Assembly (NCBI GenBank): GCA_001600815.1
Contig: BCKZ01000020.1
Location: forward strand, 482,617-522,359
Reading direction: 5' to 3'
DNA length: 39,743 bases
From: Alloascoidea hylecoeti
Taxonomy: Eukaryota
How positions within the stretch are numbered: the first letter of the stretch is position 1; the number at the start of each line of letters is the position of its first letter. A program made the translations under genes and the position numbers. The notes below the pieces were generated by a model that saw only the letters and a list, made by a program, of their open reading frames with translations, was not told the origin of the DNA and did not search any database. Positions 33,528 through 39,743 of this stretch are shown one piece after another.

Positions 33528-34206
33528 ATGTCTAACATTCAGGCTGACAAGTTATCCGAAGACCAGATTGCCGAATTTAAAGAGGCCTTTTCATTATTCG
33601 ACAAGGACAACGATGGTAAGCTTTTTCTTTTTCTCGTACCTTACTTGATGGATGGATGGATGGCTGAGATCTGAACACATCATACATGAATCTGACGGCG
33701 AAGATCACACATACATATCTTCAAGTAGTCAATTGCTAACCAAATATAAAATTTAAATGTTTAATAGGAAAAATCACTACAAAAGAACTAGGAACAGTTA
33801 TGAGATCACTAGGTCAAACTCCATCCGAATCGGAATTAACTGACATGATCAATGAAGTTGATGTCAACAACGACGGAAATATTGATTTTCCGGAATTTTT
33901 AACAATGATGGCAAGAAAAATGAGAGATACTGATTCAGAAGCGGAGATTGCTGAAGCCTTTAGAGTCTTTGATAGAAATGGAGATGGAAGAATCAGTGTT
34001 GCTGAATTGAGACATGTTTTAACTACTATTGGTGAAGTCCTAACCGATGCTGATGTTGATGATATGTTCAAACAAGCTGATATAAGTAAGTTATCCATTA
34101 CATTTTCATTTTCATGCTCATGATTATTTATACTAACTATTTATTTACAGATGGAGACGGTGTTATCGATTACAAAGAATTCATTCAACTTTTATCAGCT
34201 AAATAA
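33528..34206 (+). CDS. CMD1: Calmodulin; exons 33528-33615, 33768-34085, 34151-34206 (153 aa)
   Basis: Introns GTAAGC..GCTAAC..TAG and GTAAGT..TACTAAC..CAG splice in frame to give four EF hands: [48 protein letters not shown]. Confidence 0.96.
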
Positions 34207-34350
34207 GTAAATAAGTTACTTTGTGATAATTGACTTTTATTGTAGTAATAAACCAGAAAAGTAATAATGGTGTATTGGGTGTAACACCCTTACACACACG
34301 TTGTATAGATTTAAATGTGCAATTAATCATCACTGATCCATCATACAAAA

Positions 34351-35026
34351 ATGATCAGATTCACACTCAAAAGAAGCACGAGGCTTTTCGGACCTCCAAC
34401 GTGTTTAACCGGACCTGCTACAATAAATCGTATGTTAAAAGGCAGGATTGGATATCGGTATAATAGTACTTCAGCATCAGCATCAGCATCATCCACAACA
34501 ACAGGTGGTATGAGTTTTCAACGTCATGGGTTAAAACCAAGGGAAGATGGGGAAGTAGAAACTATTATTGTGAAGAATTCAAGGAAAGATGAAAAGGGAA
34601 ACGATTTAAGATTGTTTATAACCGAAAGAGCTTCAAAGGTAAAAAAAAATTACATTATATTATTTACATCGGTTTGAACATCAGTACTAACTTTTTTTTC
34701 ATTTGCAGCGATTACAAGAAATTGAACAAGAAGACCGGGAAGAAACATATTTACGTATAACAGTTGAATCTGGAGGATGCCATGGATTCCAGTATAACCT
34801 GGCACTAAAAACATCAAAAGATATTGACAAAGAAGACACCATTTTGGATAGAAATGGAGCGAAAGTGGCGATAGACGAATCTTCGCTGTCAATGCTGCGA
34901 GACTCCAAAGTTGATTACACAACGGAGTTGATCGGCAGCCAGTTTAAAATAGTGGACAGTCCTTATACAAAAAGCAGTTGTGGATGTGGAACAAGTTTTG
35001 ATTTCGATTTCTCAAAGCTGGAGTAG
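34351..35026 (+). CDS. ISA2: Mitochondrial A-type Fe-S cluster assembly protein; exons 34351-34638 and 34709-35026
   Basis: Basic presequence; LRITVESGGCHGFQY, DYTTELIGSQF, SSCGCGTSF; intron 34639-34708 (GTAAAA..TACTAAC..CAG). Confidence 0.93.
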
Positions 35027-35149
35027 GATATTAATAGTTACCCTGTGCAACGTATCCATTTATATTTATCATATTTGTCTTTTCATTTTCATTTTCATCA
35101 TTTTCATAAACTTTTATAATTTATTCATAACTTATAAAAATACTTATAA

Positions 35150-37678
35150 ATGGCTGGTTTAAAGTCCTTGAAAAACGGAAGGAAAAAATCCTCCAGTGAT
35201 TTATTATACAGATCAAATGGTAAGCAATCCCGATAAATACACGTATAATTCATTAAATATAATCGAAAACTAATATCATTATATTTATTTATAGCTCCAT
35301 CTTTTGCCAGATCAAGAGCAGATATGATGGCTCCTCCACCAGATGACTATTCATCTTCTGATACTCTCACCGCCCCTGCGGAATCTTTTGCTCCTCCTCC
35401 GTCCTATAGAAGCCAGCCATTACCAAGACAAGCAGAACCGGTTCACCAGTCCTTGGATTATTATAACACCTACAACAAGGATTTTAATGATTTTTCCTAC
35501 GCAAATATCACAAGGTCAAGAGCTGATAGTGCTTCTTCAGGAGGTTCATTAAGTACTGGTAATCCAGAACTGCCGTCCCAACCATCAAGATCAAGAAGAG
35601 CCAGTGATGCGTATAGCGGAACCTATGAATCCGTTTTATTACCTTCAAACGTGCCATCTGTTCAGTATGCTTATAGACCAATACCCGAGGAAACGAAAGC
35701 TTTGGCTTCTCCTGTCGTTGCCTTCCCTTCAAAAGGCATTGATCCACACAGTTTTCTACCTCCGCCTCCTTTACCAAAATATGGCAAAAAGAAGCATCAA
35801 GATCAAGACAATGAAAATGAAGATGAAAATGGCAGTGGAAATTTAGGGACTCCTTTCATTAGTCCTTTACACAAATCCAAACTGAGTGCTTCTATGAATT
35901 CTTCATCAACTGGTAGTCCTTTAAACACTGATGATGTTCCTTGGATCCCCCCATTACGGTCAAATAACAGTATATCTCCTGGTCATTCAATTTCAAACTC
36001 ATCATCTGATAATAATATCATTCCACATGATTCATCAAATTTTATAAACACCAATATTGATGCTCCTTCTTTACCAAGCAGAAGAAAATCTATTATTAAA
36101 ACAATTGAAAATGAAGAAATCATCCCACCACCAAGATTACCATTAAGATCAAAAACTTTCAATACTTCTGAAATAGAAACAACAAATCAATTTAATATAA
36201 ATGATGATTCAATTAAATCAATTAAAAGATCATTTACAACTGATTTTGCAGCACCTCCTTCATTACCATCACGGAAAAATAGTTCTAATCCTCAAACTTT
36301 GACTCAAGAACAATCATCATTTATACCACCTCCTTCATTACCATCAAGGAATAATCCTCCTGCATCATCAACCCAAGAACTTAATAGTTCATTTATACCT
36401 CCTCCTTCCTTGCCAAATCGTTCAGGTGGGAAATCACCTTCATTACCAAATCGTGCAAATGAGAAATCACCTTCATTTATGAAAAATGATATTGTTAATG
36501 AACCTATTTATAAATTAAAACTAAAGCCAAAACCAAAACCAAAACCAAATTTAAAACCAAAACCAAAGATTTCTATAAATGATGATGATAATGATGAAGT
36601 ATCTTCAGAATTAGCTATGAAACTTCGAAAAGCACGAGCATTTGAAAATGAAGATGAAAATGAAAAGAAAAATATAAATATAATTAATCAATTTAATAAT
36701 CAAAATGATATTGGAATTGATAATGAAATTAATCCGGAATTAATTTCAAAAATGTCTCGTATTGGTTTAAAATCCAATTCAAATTTAAATTCAAATTCAA
36801 ATTCAAATGATTCATTAATATTAACTACTAGTAATAGCAATAATAACAAAATACCACCTCCATTACCAAAGAAAAAATCAAATTCAAATACAAATATTCC
36901 AACTCCAAAAAGATCATTTACAGCAACATCATCATCTTTACTTACTCAACCTCCTCCTCCACCACCACCACGTTCACGGGCTCATTCATCTGCTGGTGTT
37001 ACTGTTAAACCACCACCACCACCTATATCTCGTTCTAATAAATTACAATCAAAACCAATTTTAAGTTCCAATTCTAATTCCAATTCAACTTCAAATTTGA
37101 ATTCAAATATAAATGATGTTTCAATAACAAAATTAGGAAATGCTTGGAATGAATTTGGATCTCATGTTGCAAGTTGGGCAGAGAAAAAATTAGGTCGTAG
37201 AGTTGGTAATGGTAATAATAATGATTTAATATTTGATTCAATTGATAAAGGTTGTGGACATTATGCAATGATACCACAAAATTTCAATAATAATAATAAT
37301 GATGATGATGAAAATGATTTAATTTATGGATCAACTATTTATAAAGTTCATAAAGTATCATCATTATCAAAATTAATAATTGATATACCATTAAAAACAG
37401 ATATTAAAAGAGGTGATATTATAAAATTTAAAAATACAAAATTTGAAAATAATAATCTTTCATCTAATGAAAATATAATTGTTAGTGTTATTGTTAGTTT
37501 TGAAGATGGTGATTCAATTTCTGGTGATCCAATCTTAAATACAATTGATATTGTTCTTCAATTAAATAATAACAATGATGATGGTGATGGGATTGTTAAA
37601 AGAGATCAAGTTGATATTGGTGATTTAATCTCTGGTGAGGTTGAAATATTTAGAGTTATTCCAAAAAGTTGGATTTGA
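35150..37678 (+). CDS. Proline-rich Bbc1/Aim3-like actin-patch protein; exons 35150-35219 and 35295-37678
   Basis: Intron 35220-35294 (GTAAGC..ACTAAT..TAG) joins an upstream ATG in frame. Many PPxLPxR SH3-ligand motifs; C-terminal domain 'WAEKKLGRRVGNG...IKRGDIIKF...GEVEIFRV'. Confidence 0.7.
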
Positions 37679-38753
37679 ATTAATCAATCAATAGAAAGAA
37701 AGAGATCAAAAAGTATGTTTAGTGATTATTTGTTTATTGATATTTAATAAAATTAATAAGATTAATAAAATAATAAATAATGTATCTATACCGGTATATT
37801 GGCTAATATCGAAAGTTATTGAATGTTTTATCACAAGCGTGCCTTCTATAGTTTTAAATTACTTTTCCATCATCTAAACTAATCCCTATAACTACAGCTA
37901 AATGTATTAGAAAGCCAAGCTGTTAACCTGAATGATTGTATATAAAAAATTTAGTTCACCAAATTAACATTCCATTATTACACATTTTTTAGATCGCTAA
38001 AGTGTGTAATAATTATAAATTAAGCTTATATATGCAATCTTATTTGGAATTTGAGAAATTGAAAAAGGGGGGTGGAGACTAAAATTTGATGAGATTAAAG
38101 AAAGTACTACTTACTTTTTTATATCTCACATAATCCCCTCCCTCGAAGAAAATTATTGGTGGGAAATGGAATGAGGGTTAGGGGTAAGATACTCTGCATA
38201 GTAAAGAATTAAAGAAAAATAAAACACTAGAAATAATTATAACTAAAGAAAAAATTAAAGGTAAAGTTACTATTCAACAAAAATTGATTAATAAATCATA
38301 TCTTAATCTACTCAAATAAATGTAAACAAGATTATAGATAACAATAACGTTGTAAAATCTTAATATTGACTGAGTTTTATTAAGCTTTAACGGATAATTC
38401 ATACTTCAATAATTGAAGTAATCATAATTAGTTATGAACATAAGGATATAAGCTATAAGTTATAATATATTATGCTTGTTTTTGGTACTATATAGCTATC
38501 ATATTATCGGTTTCTTATATATATATATAATTAATTTTCTCTCCAAATCAATGAGAAAATACAATTATTTAAAGTACCATGATCAAAATTTGAAAAAATA
38601 TATAATCTGATCAACATCTTTAAAAATTGAAAAAAAATTATTAAATAAAAATAATAAAAACGAAATATATGCATAATGGGAATGAAATATTTATGATATA
38701 TAAGAAGAATATTAAAAGATGCAAAAAGATAAAAAAATATAAAAGATGATTAT

Positions 38754-39743
38754 TTAGAAAACAAATATAAGCCCAATTGCAAGAATACTTGCAATTAATG
38801 TAGAAGAAGAATAAGATAATATTGAAGCTCCACCTGTACTGACTTCAACAGTGCTAGTTTGTGTAGCATTTGGTGCAGCAGATGCACTACCGTATATAGC
38901 TGAACCTGTAGCAATAGTAGAAAAGCTTGAAGGAGCTAGAGAAACAGATGAACTAGATGCATTTTCGACAGCTTCAACACTAGAAGGTTGTTGACAATCA
39001 GAACCAGAACATGAAACAGAAGTTGAGGATGAAGGAACAGAAACAGTAGATTCAGGAGTTTGAACGGCTGTAGCTATAGAAGAAGCTGTCTTATCATCGA
39101 GTTTAATATTAGATGATTCTGAAACAGTAGAGGTAAATGCTGAATTGATTATAGAAGTAGATGAGGTTCCAAATTTATTTGTATTTGTAACAGGAACATA
39201 TGAAGTAGTAGAGTAAACCACCTTTGAACCTGCAGATGTTGTAGTGACCTCAATAACCTGTGGTGTAACACTATTACTAGCACCTGGAACTTCTGTTGTT
39301 CCAACAATGACAGCAGAAGGAGTAAGAGTCAAAGTTTTACTAACATAGGTTGCAACAAGGGTAGTAGAAACAGAACAAGCTGGAGTAGTTTCAACAACCT
39401 CACTACCAGAAATAGTCTCAGTTACAACAATGTCATTACAAGATGTAATAGTGCTAATGAAAGTAGATGAAGAAGTAACCGTTAACACTTCACTAGTGGC
39501 TGTAAAACTGGAAAGCTCTGAAATTGGAGAAGCGGATGTTGTAGCGACGGAAGCAGAAACCGGAACAGTAGAACTAACAATGAAAGTAGAACTGACATAT
39601 GAGGTAACTGGAGCAGTAGAAACTGAGCAAACTGGTGTAGTTTCAACAACTTCACTACCGGAAACAGTCTTGGTGATCATAACATCAGAGCAAGAGGTGA
39701 TGCTAGCGATGGTGGAGTAAGATGAAACAGATACAACTTCACT
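38754..39743 (-). CDS. Ser/Thr-rich GPI-anchored cell-wall protein / adhesin (5' end outside the window)
   Basis: Frame is open to the window edge. Cys-containing repeats 'ITSC.D...T.TVSGSEVVETTP.CSVST' spaced 252 nt apart; C-terminal small-residue omega region and hydrophobic tail. Confidence 0.85.
   Translation of the reverse strand, partial: SEVVSVSSYSTIASITSCSDVMITKTVSGSEVVETTPVCSVSTAPVTSYVSSTFIVSSTVPVSASVATTSASPISELSSFTATSEVLTVTSSSTFISTITSCNDIVVTETISGSEVVETTPACSVSTTLVATYVSKTLTLTPSAVIVGTTEVPGASNSVTPQVIEVTTTSAGSKVVYSTTSYVPVTNTNKFGTSSTSIINSAFTSTVSESSNIKLDDKTASSIATAVQTPESTVSVPSSSTSVSCSGSDCQQPSSVEAVENASSSSVSLAPSSFSTIATGSAIYGSASAAPNATQTSTVEVSTGGASILSYSSSTLIASILAIGLIFVF

Noticed and set aside
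35217..35327. ATG directly before the intron donor as the start or a uORF
   Set aside because: The in-frame ATG at 35150 with a phase-1 intron explains the gene structure better.
1..39743. CRISPR arrays, rRNA, prokaryotic operons
   Set aside because: Eukaryotic intron-containing genes throughout; no repeat-spacer arrays or rRNA motifs seen.

Overview
AT-rich eukaryotic nuclear DNA from a budding yeast (Saccharomycotina-type genes; short GT..AG introns with CTAAY branch points; conserved Leu positions in Hap3 use CTG, so the standard code). Housekeeping genes: VAP/SCS2, an SREBP-type bHLH factor, a mitochondrial aldehyde dehydrogenase, PIK1, HAP3 (1 intron), a RING-H2 ligase, a tricalbin, an AidB-like peroxisomal acyl-CoA dehydrogenase, a divergent ALG1-like gene, calmodulin (2 introns), ISA2 (1 intron), a Bbc1/Aim3-like protein (1 intron) and the 3' part of a GPI cell-wall protein. 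Two accessory zones stand out. The first (3.8-5.8 kb) holds an 850-bp internally deleted Tc1/IS630-type transposon, followed by an unexplained ~350-nt highly pairable segment. The second (22-28.3 kb) holds a decayed Ty1/copia element (23433-27238, minus strand; two LTRs, TATAA target-site duplication, tRNAi-Met-type PBS, PPT) inserted into an F-box-like pseudogene. The most unusual feature is a ~300-nt GC-rich structured cassette at the gag/pol junction of that element. In the opposite orientation it carries an exact 12-nt copy of the element's PBS, a 10-nt copy of its PPT region, Pol III A/B-box-like motifs and a T6 run. All RNA-structure and function calls were made by eye and need computational or experimental confirmation.
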